In this document: positions 50,287-59,056 of the stretch, one piece after another
How positions within the stretch are numbered: the first letter of the stretch is position 1
Layout of the letters: each line of letters starts with the position of its first letter
Assembly (NCBI GenBank): GCA_963816185.1
Contig: CAWFJJ010000028.1
Span: 64,001-128,000 of the forward strand
Length of the DNA: 64,000 nt
Source of the DNA: Thermoanaerobaculia bacterium
GTDB taxonomy: Bacteria; Acidobacteriota; Thermoanaerobaculia; UBA5066
Reading direction: 5' to 3'
Notes under the pieces: model-generated
Databases searched by the model: none
Seen by the model: the letters and a program-made list of their open reading frames with translations, nothing else
What the model was told of the DNA's origin: nothing
Made by a program: the position numbers and the translations under genes

Positions 50287-52967
50287 GCCTCCCTTCCGGC
50301 TCGCGGCTAGGCCCTTACGAGATCCTCGCCCCCATTGGCGCGGGCGGGATGGGCGAGGTCTACCGGGCCAGGGACCCGCGCCTCGAACGAATGGTCGCCC
50401 TAAAGGTTCTGCCGGAAGAGCTCTTCGAAGACAAAGAAAGGGTCGTGCGCTTCGAGCGGGAGGCAAAGTCGCTCGCCGCGCTGAATCACCCGAACGTCGC
50501 GGCCATCTACTCATTCGAGGAGAGTGGGGGCCGGCACATCCTCGTCATGGAGCTCGTCTCGGGCGAGACGCTGCGCGAGCGCCTGAAGGCTGGAGGACCG
50601 CCCGCCCGGACGACGCTCGATGTCGGCGCGCAGATCGCGCGCGGCCTCGCCGCGGCTCACGAGAAAGGCATCGTTCACCGCGACCTGAAGCCGGAGAACG
50701 TCGTCCTGTCGAAGGACGGCCGCGTCAAGATCCTCGATTTCGGCCTCGCGAAGCTCTCGCCGCGGGTCGGGGCCGAAGAGGACCTCACGTCGGCCGGGAC
50801 GCAGTCGCTCCTCACCGATGCGGGCGCCGTGTTCGGGACGGCGGGCTACATGTCTCCGGAGCAGGTGCGGGGCGAGCCCGTCGACACCCGCTCCGACATA
50901 TTCAGCTTGGGGACGATCCTCTACGAGCTGCTGTCCGGGGAGAACCCGTTCCGGAAAGGCACGTCCGCCGAGACGATGACGGCGATCCTTCTGCAGGAGC
51001 CGCCGCCTCTGTCCGAAGCGCCGGCCCCGCCGCTGCCAGCGCTCGCGGCGATCGTGGCGCGTTGCTTGGAGAAGAAGCGCGAGGCGCGTTTCCAATCCGC
51101 GGCCGATCTGGGGTTCGCGCTGGAGACCTCGTCCGGGTCCTCGTCTCCCGCCGCTACCGGCATTCCGGGCCGCCTGCTCCGTGGTCGTTCTCGTCGGGCG
51201 GTGGCTGGCGCCGTTGCGGCAGGAGTCGCACTCGCCGCGCTTGCGGTGGGGCTCCTGCGAACGCGCACGCCGCAGGTTGCCGCCAGAGGGGCGATTCGGT
51301 TCTCCGTGGCACCTCCGGCGAACGGCGCCTTCGCGTACTGGCTGGAGGCCAGCTTCCTGGCGATGTCGCCCGACGGATCGCAGCTCGCGTACGTGGCCTG
51401 GGACCACGCGGGCGACCTGGGCGGCCGGGCCGCAAGGGTGTTTCCGACAGGGGGACGGCGCGTGTGGCTTCGGCCGCTGTCCACGCTAAAGGCCCGGCCG
51501 CTGGCCGGGACACAGGATGCCTCGTCGGTCTTTTGGTCGCCCGACGGCCATTCGATCGCCTTCTTCGCGGAAGGCAAGCTGAAGCGCCTCGACCTCCCGG
51601 AAGGCTCACCGGTCACGATCTGCGACGTGCCCACCGGCGTCGGCAGGTCGGGAACGTGGGGCCGCAGCGGCGACATTCTCTTCGCCAGCGTCCAGGGCGA
51701 GGCGATCTACCGCCTTTCCGCCTCCGGCGGCGTGCCGGTCGCGGTGCTGAAGTCAGACCCCTCGCGCGGCGAGCTGCGCGTCGCCTGGCCCTGGTTCCTG
51801 CCGGACGGAGAGCGGTTTCTCTATCTCGTCAGGCTTCGCGAGGGTTGGAACCTGATGCTCGCGGAGTCCGGAAAACCGGCGCGTGCTCTCACGGCGATGG
51901 CCTCGAGGGTGCAGTTCGTCGACCCGGGATATCTCGTCTTCGCGCGGGAGGGAGCGCTCCTCGGCCAGCGATTCGACTCGCGAACCGGGCGTCTGGCGGG
52001 CGGTCCCTTCTCGATCGCCGAAAGGGTGCGGCACTTCGTCACGACTGGCGCCGCCTCGTTCGCGACGTCCCTCACCGGCGCGCTCGCCTTTCAGTCGCAG
52101 GACGACGTGCAGCGTCTGGTGTGGTTCGACCGGGCCGGGCGGGACGTCGGGACCGTCGGCGCGCCCGGCGAACTTCTCACGGCCGTGATCGCCCCCGATG
52201 GCAGACAGATCCTGTTCGACCGCTCGCCTCCGGGGATCGGGACGGACGTCTGGTCGTTCGATCTCGAAAGATCCGTGGAGACGCGCGTGACCGTGGGGCC
52301 CGACACCCACTCGATGCCCATGTGGCTTCGCGGCGGCAAGAGCGTCGTCTATTCGACCGGGCGGGGACGTCCGCCGCACCTTTTCCGCCGGGACCTCACG
52401 ACCGGGAAGGAAGAGGAGCTCGCCTTGGGCGGAGGCTTTCAGATGGCACTGGACGTCTCGCCCGACGGCCGGTCGCTCGTGTACGGCGAGCGGACCGACC
52501 GCGGCCCGTTCGACTTCTGGATGCTTCCGCTCTCCGGGCAAGGCAAACCGACAGCTCTGCTGCAGTCGCCGTTCAACAAGGACCAGGCGCGTTTTTCGCC
52601 CGACGGCCGCTTCATCGCGTTCATCTCCGACGAGTCCGGAAAGCCCGAGATCTACGTGATGCCCTGTCCGGGGCCGGGCGAGAGGATCCGCATCTCGACC
52701 GGAGGGGCACGGCTCCTGCGCTGGAGCCGCGAGGGCGAGCTTCTCTATCTTTCCAGTGACCTGCGGATGACGTCGGTGCCGGTCCGGACATCTCCTTCAC
52801 TCCAGATCGGCGCTCCGAGGACGCTCTTCGCGCTGAAGGGAGAGCCCTGGGTAAGCTTCGATGTTTCGCCCGACGGGAAGCGATTCCTCGCCATCGTGCC
52901 GGAGGTCGTGGTGGATCAGCTTCCGCTCACGGTCGTCGTGAACTGGCCGTCCGACGTGGAGAAGTAA
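50283..52967 (+). CDS. Hanks-type Ser/Thr kinase with TM and PD40/TolB-like beta-propellers
   Basis: GAGGMGEVY, HRDLKPEN, DFGLA, YMSPEQ; repeated SPDG blades. Confidence 0.93.
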   Translation: MSLPSGSRLGPYEILAPIGAGGMGEVYRARDPRLERMVALKVLPEELFEDKERVVRFEREAKSLAALNHPNVAAIYSFEESGGRHILVMELVSGETLRERLKAGGPPARTTLDVGAQIARGLAAAHEKGIVHRDLKPENVVLSKDGRVKILDFGLAKLSPRVGAEEDLTSAGTQSLLTDAGAVFGTAGYMSPEQVRGEPVDTRSDIFSLGTILYELLSGENPFRKGTSAETMTAILLQEPPPLSEAPAPPLPALAAIVARCLEKKREARFQSAADLGFALETSSGSSSPAATGIPGRLLRGRSRRAVAGAVAAGVALAALAVGLLRTRTPQVAARGAIRFSVAPPANGAFAYWLEASFLAMSPDGSQLAYVAWDHAGDLGGRAARVFPTGGRRVWLRPLSTLKARPLAGTQDASSVFWSPDGHSIAFFAEGKLKRLDLPEGSPVTICDVPTGVGRSGTWGRSGDILFASVQGEAIYRLSASGGVPVAVLKSDPSRGELRVAWPWFLPDGERFLYLVRLREGWNLMLAESGKPARALTAMASRVQFVDPGYLVFAREGALLGQRFDSRTGRLAGGPFSIAERVRHFVTTGAASFATSLTGALAFQSQDDVQRLVWFDRAGRDVGTVGAPGELLTAVIAPDGRQILFDRSPPGIGTDVWSFDLERSVETRVTVGPDTHSMPMWLRGGKSVVYSTGRGRPPHLFRRDLTTGKEEELALGGGFQMALDVSPDGRSLVYGERTDRGPFDFWMLPLSGQGKPTALLQSPFNKDQARFSPDGRFIAFISDESGKPEIYVMPCPGPGERIRISTGGARLLRWSREGELLYLSSDLRMTSVPVRTSPSLQIGAPRTLFALKGEPWVSFDVSPDGKRFLAIVPEVVVDQLPLTVVVNWPSDVEK

Positions 52968-52988
52968 CCCTTCGTTTATCCTCCGGCC

Positions 52989-55070
52989 GTGCTGTACAGG
53001 CTCGAAAACGTCCGCAAGAGCTTCGGGACGAAGGACGTCCTTCTGGACGCCACGTGGCAGCACGATCCGGGGCGGATCGTGGGCCTCGTGGGGCGGAACG
53101 GCGCCGGCAAGTCGACCGTCCTGAAGATCGTCCAGGGGCTCGTGGAGCCCGACGGTGGCAAGCTGCACGTCGCGGGCGGAACTACGTTCGCGTCGCTCGA
53201 CCAGGCGGTCGAGCCCGAAGGCGACGAGCCGCTTCGGGCATTCGTGGCGCGCGCCCAGGAGCCGCTTCTCGCGCTGGAGCGCGAGATGCGCCGCCTCGAG
53301 GAGGCGATCGCCACGCACGGCGCCGACGGCGACCGCGGGGCGCTCGACGCGCTCCTGGCCGAGCACGACGACGTGCGCGAGCACTTCGAAAGAGCGGGCG
53401 GTTACGAGGCGGACGCGCGCGTGGACCGGGTGCTGATGGGCGTCGGGCTCGCGCGCGCGCTCTGGGAGAGGCCCGTGGGCGAGCTGTCGGGCGGGCAGAA
53501 ACATCGCGCGCAGATCGCCCGGCTCCTCCTGACGGACGCCTCGGTTCTCCTCCTCGACGAGCCCACGAACCATCTCGACGTCGACGGAATCGAGTTCCTC
53601 GAGACCTGGATCGTGGAGCGGAAGGCGAACGCCGGCCTCTCGGCGCTCGTCGTCTCCCACGACCGCCGCCTTCTCGATGCCGTCGCGGACCGGATCGTCG
53701 AGGTCGCGCACGGCCGTCTCGAAGACTACCCGGGCGACTACGCTACCTACCGCAAGCTCAAGGCCGAGCGCGAGCGTCTCCGCGCGAAGGAGGCCGAGAA
53801 GCAGCGGCAGATGATCGAGCGGACCGAAGAGTTCATCCGCCGGAACATCGCCGGCCAGAAGACGAAGCAGGCGCGCTCGCGGCGCACGATGCTCGCGCGG
53901 ATCGAGCGAATCGAGGCGCCGCGGGAGGATGCGAACGAGGTCTCGATCCGGTTCGAGGAGGCGCGCATCTCCGGAGGGCGCGTGCTCGAGGCGAAGAAGG
54001 TCGTGCCCGGCTACCGGGAGACGGGACCGCTTCTTCAGCCCGTGTCGTTCCTCCTCCGCCGCGGGGACCGCCTCGCGCTCTGGGGCCCGAACGGCTGCGG
54101 CAAGACCACGCTTCTGAAGACGCTCGCGCGCGTACTCCCTCCGATCTCCGGCTCGGCCGTGCCGGGTACCGGAGTCCTCACCGGCTACTACGACCAGGAG
54201 ATGGGCGACCTTCCGGTCGAGGCGACGGCGCTCGACGCGGTGATGGATCTCGATCCCACGATGAAGGAAAGCGAGGCACGCGATTTCCTCGCGCTCTTCG
54301 ATTTCCGCGGCGACGAGGTCTTCCAGCGAATCGCGACTCTCTCGGGCGGCGAGAAAGGGCGCCTCTCGCTCGCACGCATCGTCTTCGGCGGCGCGAACTT
54401 CCTCCTGCTGGACGAGCCCACGAACCACCTCGACCTCGACGCCCGCGAGCAGCTCGAGGACGCGCTGGAGGCTTTCGAGGGCGCGATCATCTTCGTAAGC
54501 CACGACCGCTGGTTCGTGGACCGCATCGCGACGGAGATTCTCGAGATCGCGCCCGGAGGCGCGGTCGAGCTGCACCCGGGCAACTATTCGGATCTCGTGA
54601 AGAGGAAGAAGGAAATTCTTGCTCCCTCGCGGGACGACTCGGCGGAGCGCGGCGACCTACGGTGGGGCTCGGGAAACGCTGTTTCTTCTTCGAAGGGGAA
54701 GAGAGACAAAGATTCTTCGAAGGGCAAGACCGGTCGCGGCGCACCCCGCACCGCTGGAGCGCAGCCCGCTGCTTCCGCTGGACACACACCTTCTAAGAAA
54801 TCCTCGTCTTCTTCCGACCGCGCCGCCGAACGGCGGCGCGCAAAGAACGAGAGAATCCTCGCCGTGCTGGAAGAGGAGATTGCGCGTCTCGAGGAGGAGA
54901 TCCGCTCGCTCGATCTTTCCCTCGCGAACCCCGACGTCTTCCGCGACGGGGACAAGGTCCGGCAGGTGAAGTCCGCTCGCGAGCAGGCTCGCAGGACCCT
55001 CGAGGCGAAGCTGTGGGATTGGGAGGAGACCTCCCGCAAGCTTCAGACGAGCGCCGAGGTCCCGGCGTGA
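52989..55070 (+). CDS. ABC-F family ATPase (Uup/YdiF-like)
   Basis: Two NBDs (GRNGAGKST; GPNGCGKTT; LDEPTNHLD twice) and a C-terminal coiled coil. Confidence 0.93.
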   Translation: MLYRLENVRKSFGTKDVLLDATWQHDPGRIVGLVGRNGAGKSTVLKIVQGLVEPDGGKLHVAGGTTFASLDQAVEPEGDEPLRAFVARAQEPLLALEREMRRLEEAIATHGADGDRGALDALLAEHDDVREHFERAGGYEADARVDRVLMGVGLARALWERPVGELSGGQKHRAQIARLLLTDASVLLLDEPTNHLDVDGIEFLETWIVERKANAGLSALVVSHDRRLLDAVADRIVEVAHGRLEDYPGDYATYRKLKAERERLRAKEAEKQRQMIERTEEFIRRNIAGQKTKQARSRRTMLARIERIEAPREDANEVSIRFEEARISGGRVLEAKKVVPGYRETGPLLQPVSFLLRRGDRLALWGPNGCGKTTLLKTLARVLPPISGSAVPGTGVLTGYYDQEMGDLPVEATALDAVMDLDPTMKESEARDFLALFDFRGDEVFQRIATLSGGEKGRLSLARIVFGGANFLLLDEPTNHLDLDAREQLEDALEAFEGAIIFVSHDRWFVDRIATEILEIAPGGAVELHPGNYSDLVKRKKEILAPSRDDSAERGDLRWGSGNAVSSSKGKRDKDSSKGKTGRGAPRTAGAQPAASAGHTPSKKSSSSSDRAAERRRAKNERILAVLEEEIARLEEEIRSLDLSLANPDVFRDGDKVRQVKSAREQARRTLEAKLWDWEETSRKLQTSAEVPA
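54682..54815. repeat. Paired inverted motif locus L (two left arms)
   Basis: TTCTTCGAAGGGGAA (54686), TTCTTCGAAGGGCAA (54713) ... CACACCTTCTAAGAAAT (core 54791). Confidence 0.85.
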
Positions 55071-56347
55071 GCGCGGATTCGACGCCGCGCCCCGGCACGG
55101 CCTCGATCCTGGCCGTCGGCAGCGAGCTGCTCGGCACGGCGCGTCTCGACACGAACTCGCTGTACCTCACGAGCCGGCTCGACGCCCTCGGGATCTCCGT
55201 CGTGCGGAAGACTTGCGTCGGCGACGAGTGGGCCGACCTTCTCGCCGAGATCCGCCTCGCGCTGGAGCGCGCCCCGCTCCTCGTCGTGACGGGCGGGCTC
55301 GGGCCGACGGACGACGACCGCACGAAGGAAGCCGTCGCGAAGGTGCTGGGCCGCGCCCTCGTGCGCGACGAGGAGATCCTCCTGCGCCTCAAGGAGCGCT
55401 TCCGCCGGCGCGGCCTCGAGATGCCGAAGGTGAACGAGAAGCAGGCCGACGTCATCGAGGGCGCCGTCGTCCTTCAGAACCAACGCGGGTCCGCTCCGGG
55501 CTTTCTCGTGGCGGCGGGATCCTCGACCGCCGTCCTCCTGCCCGGCGTTCCGCTCGAGATGAAGGCGATGTGGGCCGATGCCGTCGAGCCCCTTCTCGGG
55601 CGGGGCGCGGCGGCCGGCGTGCATCGGCGCACTCTGAAGATCGCGGCGATGGCGGAGAGCCTCGTGGAAACGCTCGTCAAGCCCGTCTACGCGGCTTATC
55701 CCGACGTCCCTTTCACGATTCTGGCCGCGCCCGGCGAAGTGCAGCTCCAGTTCGCGGCGCGCGGAACTCTCGAAGAGGCGTCGCATGTCCTCGACCGCAT
55801 CGAGGCCGACTTCCACAAGGCGCTGTCGGGCGAGATCTTCGGCCGCGACGACGACACGCTCGAAGGAGTCGCGGGCGACCTCCTCCGCGCGAAGGGCCAG
55901 ACGCTCGCGCTCGCGGAGTCGTGCACCGGAGGCCAGCTCGCGGGGCGCGTCACGGACGTCCCTGGCTCGTCGGATTACTTCCTCGGCGCCGCCGTGACGT
56001 ACGCGAATGCCGCGAAAACCGACCTCGTCGGCGTCTCGGCGGCCACGCTCGAGCGGCATGGGGCCGTCTCGGAGGAGACCGCGCGCGAGATGGCGCTCGG
56101 CGCGCGCAAGAGATTCGGCGCCACGATCGGCCTCGCGACGACGGGCATCGCGGGGCCCGGCGGCGGCACGCCGGAGAAGCCGGTCGGCACCGTTCACGTC
56201 GCGCTCGACGCGGCAGACGGAACGCGACTCCACAGGAAGCTTCTCCTGCCGGGCGAACGCTCGCTCATCCGGCGCTGGACGACCTCGACCGCGCTCGGAA
56301 TGCTGCGCAAGCACCTCCTCGGCCTCGCCGGCGGAGGTCGCCGGTGA
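55067..56347 (+). CDS. cinA: CinA (MCF + NMN deamidase PncC)
   Basis: GSELL..DTN, GGLGPTDDD, AESCTGG, TTGIAGPGGG. Confidence 0.93.
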   Translation: MSADSTPRPGTASILAVGSELLGTARLDTNSLYLTSRLDALGISVVRKTCVGDEWADLLAEIRLALERAPLLVVTGGLGPTDDDRTKEAVAKVLGRALVRDEEILLRLKERFRRRGLEMPKVNEKQADVIEGAVVLQNQRGSAPGFLVAAGSSTAVLLPGVPLEMKAMWADAVEPLLGRGAAAGVHRRTLKIAAMAESLVETLVKPVYAAYPDVPFTILAAPGEVQLQFAARGTLEEASHVLDRIEADFHKALSGEIFGRDDDTLEGVAGDLLRAKGQTLALAESCTGGQLAGRVTDVPGSSDYFLGAAVTYANAAKTDLVGVSAATLERHGAVSEETAREMALGARKRFGATIGLATTGIAGPGGGTPEKPVGTVHVALDAADGTRLHRKLLLPGERSLIRRWTTSTALGMLRKHLLGLAGGGRR

Positions 56348-56943
56348 CGCGCGAGATCGTTTCCCTCGTCGCGGCTTACCTGCTTGGATCGATCTCCTTC
56401 GCGATCATCCTCGTCCGCGTGTTTCGCGGCGTGGACGTCAGGCACGAGGGCTCGGGCAACGCGGGCGCCACGAACGTGCTCCGCACGTCGGGGAAGCGGC
56501 TCGCGACGCTGACGATGCTTCTCGACGTCGGGAAGGGCGCCGCCGCGGTGCTCTTGATGCAGTCCGCCACGTACGATCCGCGCTGGCTCGGGGCGGCTGC
56601 GTGCGCCGCCGTGCTCGGGCACGTTTTCCCGATCTGGTTCGGGCTCCGCGGAGGCAAGGGCGTCGCGACGGCGATCGGAGGGTTTTCCGTTCTGTGCCCG
56701 CTCGCGGTGCTCGCGGTCGTGGCGGTCTTCGCCGCCGTAGTCGCCGCGACGCGCTTCGTGTCGCTCGGCTCGATCACGGCGGCCTGCCTGCTGCCGCTCT
56801 CGATGCGGCTGTTGTTCCACGCGCCCGATCCGGAAGTCGCGGCCGCCTCGGCCGTCACGATTCTCCTCATCATCTCGCATCGCGCGAACATCCGGCGGCT
56901 TCTCGAGGGAACCGAGCAGCGCCTCGGACGGAGGGAACGATGA
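56344..56943 (+). CDS. plsY: Glycerol-3-phosphate acyltransferase
   Basis: YLLGSI, GSGNAGATN, LRGGKGVAT, HRANIRRL. Confidence 0.95.
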   Translation: MTREIVSLVAAYLLGSISFAIILVRVFRGVDVRHEGSGNAGATNVLRTSGKRLATLTMLLDVGKGAAAVLLMQSATYDPRWLGAAACAAVLGHVFPIWFGLRGGKGVATAIGGFSVLCPLAVLAVVAVFAAVVAATRFVSLGSITAACLLPLSMRLLFHAPDPEVAAASAVTILLIISHRANIRRLLEGTEQRLGRRER

Positions 56944-57938
56944 CCCGGCTCGCGATCGTCGGGACCGGCGCCTGGGGCACCGCGCTCGCCATCCACGGTG
57001 CGAACAAGGGCCTCGACGTGGCGCTTCTCGGCCGCCGTCCGGAGGTCGTCGAGCGGCTCCGGGCGACGCGCGCTCATCCGGCGCTCTTGGGCGCTCCGCC
57101 GATTCCGCCCCGGGTGTCGATCACAGCCGACGCGCGCGAGGCGTTCTCGGGTGTCTCCGCCGTGCTCTGGTCGGTCTCCGTTCAGGCCACGGCGGCGGAG
57201 CTCGAGCGGCTCGCGCCGCTTTTTCCGCCCGTGCCTCTCGTGGCGACCTCCAAGGGACTCGAGATCGGCTCGCGTCGCCGCACGACCGAGATCATGTCGT
57301 TCGTGACGGGGCGAAAGGACGGCCTCGCCGCGCTGTCGGGCCCGACGTTCGCGGCGGAGGTCGCCCGCGGCCTTCCGGCGGCGGCCGTCGTCGCGAGCGC
57401 GGATCCGGAAGTCGCCGCGAAGCTGCAGGAGCTCCTGTCTTCTCCCACCCTGCGCCTGTATCGCTCGGCGGACGTGCTGGGCGTCGAGATCGCGGGAGCC
57501 GCGAAGAACGTCGTGGCGATCGCGGCCGGCCTCGTGGACGGCCTTCGCCTCGGGCACAACACGCGCGCGGCGCTCCTCACGCGGGCGCTCGCCGAGATCC
57601 GGCGGCTCGGCACGCGCATCGGCGGAAGCCCCGAGACGTTTTCGGGCCTCGCGGGCGCGGGTGACCTCATCCTCACCGCGACGGGCGATCTCTCGCGCAA
57701 CCGGCGCGTCGGGCTTGCGCTCGCGTCCGGAAAGTCGCTCTCGGAGGCCGTGGCCGCGCTCTCGGGTGAGGTGGCGGAGGGTGTCGCGACGTCGCCCGTC
57801 CTGCTCGAGCTCTCGGAAAAGGCGGCCGTCGAGATGCCGATCGCCGCGATGGTCGCGTCGATTCTCTCCGGTCAGACGTCGCCCACGGACGCCGTGCGCA
57901 ATCTCATGACGCGCGCGCTCAAAGAGGAGAAGGTCTGA
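56940..57938 (+). CDS. gpsA: NAD(P)H glycerol-3-phosphate dehydrogenase
   Basis: GTGAWGTA, SKGLE, KNVVAIAAG, GDLILT, SRN. Confidence 0.95.
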   Translation: MTRLAIVGTGAWGTALAIHGANKGLDVALLGRRPEVVERLRATRAHPALLGAPPIPPRVSITADAREAFSGVSAVLWSVSVQATAAELERLAPLFPPVPLVATSKGLEIGSRRRTTEIMSFVTGRKDGLAALSGPTFAAEVARGLPAAAVVASADPEVAAKLQELLSSPTLRLYRSADVLGVEIAGAAKNVVAIAAGLVDGLRLGHNTRAALLTRALAEIRRLGTRIGGSPETFSGLAGAGDLILTATGDLSRNRRVGLALASGKSLSEAVAALSGEVAEGVATSPVLLELSEKAAVEMPIAAMVASILSGQTSPTDAVRNLMTRALKEEKV

Positions 57939-58027
57939 GCGAGGATTCGGCTCCCGCGGCCGTCCGCGTACCGGTTCCCGGCTCGCAGATCGTCGTTCCT
58001 CCGGGGCTCGGGCTCTCCTACGCCCGG

Positions 58028-58972
58028 GTGAACGCGCCCGGCGAAGAACCTCCTCCGGAGACGGGCCTCGTGGACGTGGCTGTTCTCGACATGCACCACG
58101 GCTACGCGAATCTCGGGCACGCGTCGATCGTGGAGAGCCTCCTCAACTACGCTCACGACGCGCGGCAGCGCCGCCCCGGCGCGCCGGCGGTTCGCGTCAT
58201 CAGCTACGACGTGCGCCGGGGTCTCGCCGTGCCGGCCTTTCCCGCGCGATTCCCGCTCGTGGTCGGCTCGGGCGGCCCCGGCGCGCTCGACCCACGCGAC
58301 AACGACGGCGCGTCGGCCGCTTCGCAGGGCGTCCTCGAGAAGCCCGAATGGGAAGCCCCTCTCTTCCGTTTCTTCGACGGCGTGCTCGCGAGCCCGGGTA
58401 CCGCGATGCTCGGCATCTGTCATTCCTTCGGCGTTCTCGCACGGTGGGCCGGAGTCGCCCGCGCGGTCCTGCGGGGGCCGGAGAGGGGAGGCAAGAGTGC
58501 CGGCGTCGTCACGAACGTCCTCACGGACGACGCCTGGGCCCACCCTTTTTTCGGCGACTACTTTGCCGAGAACGGCGGCCCCCAGGTCAAGGTGCTCGAC
58601 AGCCGGCTCTTCGACCTTCTTCCGACGGGCTCGGGCACGGCGCGGCCGCTTGGCTTCGACAGTGACGGCCCGGGGACGGGACGCGGCGAAGCCGTGACAA
58701 TGTTCGAGTTCGCACGCATGGCGGGCGGCAGCGTCCCGCGCATCTGGGGCGTGAACCACCATCCCGAGATCGGCGACGTAGGCCTCCAGCGCGAGCGACT
58801 CGAACGGCTGAGGGAGAACGGCGGCGTCTCCCGGGAGTGGTATCAGGAGCGTCTCTCGGCCCTCGCCGCGTGGAACGCGTCCGCCGCGACGGAGCAGGGC
58901 CTCCAGCGCACGACACGCTGGACGTTCGAGCTACCGCTGCGCTGCCACCTCGAGCGCGCACTGGAGTGGTAG
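58028..58972 (+). CDS. Class I glutamine amidotransferase-like protein
   Basis: SGGPG, LGICHSF (nucleophile Cys), NHHPE (His-Glu). Confidence 0.75.
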   Translation: MNAPGEEPPPETGLVDVAVLDMHHGYANLGHASIVESLLNYAHDARQRRPGAPAVRVISYDVRRGLAVPAFPARFPLVVGSGGPGALDPRDNDGASAASQGVLEKPEWEAPLFRFFDGVLASPGTAMLGICHSFGVLARWAGVARAVLRGPERGGKSAGVVTNVLTDDAWAHPFFGDYFAENGGPQVKVLDSRLFDLLPTGSGTARPLGFDSDGPGTGRGEAVTMFEFARMAGGSVPRIWGVNHHPEIGDVGLQRERLERLRENGGVSREWYQERLSALAAWNASAATEQGLQRTTRWTFELPLRCHLERALEW

Positions 58973-59056
58973 GGCCTGGTGCTTATTAGCGAAGCGAGTC
59001 CGTTGCCCATCATCCTTCGCCGTTAGTGCGCCGTTGACGCCTACACTTCAGGGTGG

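Noticed and set aside
7258-54815. Reading the paired motif as a CRISPR array or classical IS/MITE
   Set aside because: Copies are dispersed and inverted, interiors are unrelated and sometimes conserved host coding sequence, and I saw no cas gene, transposase or target duplication.
58975-59050. attC-like site before the propeller/VapBC islet
   Set aside because: No RYYYAAC...GTTRRRY pair with a complementary stem, and no integron integrase.
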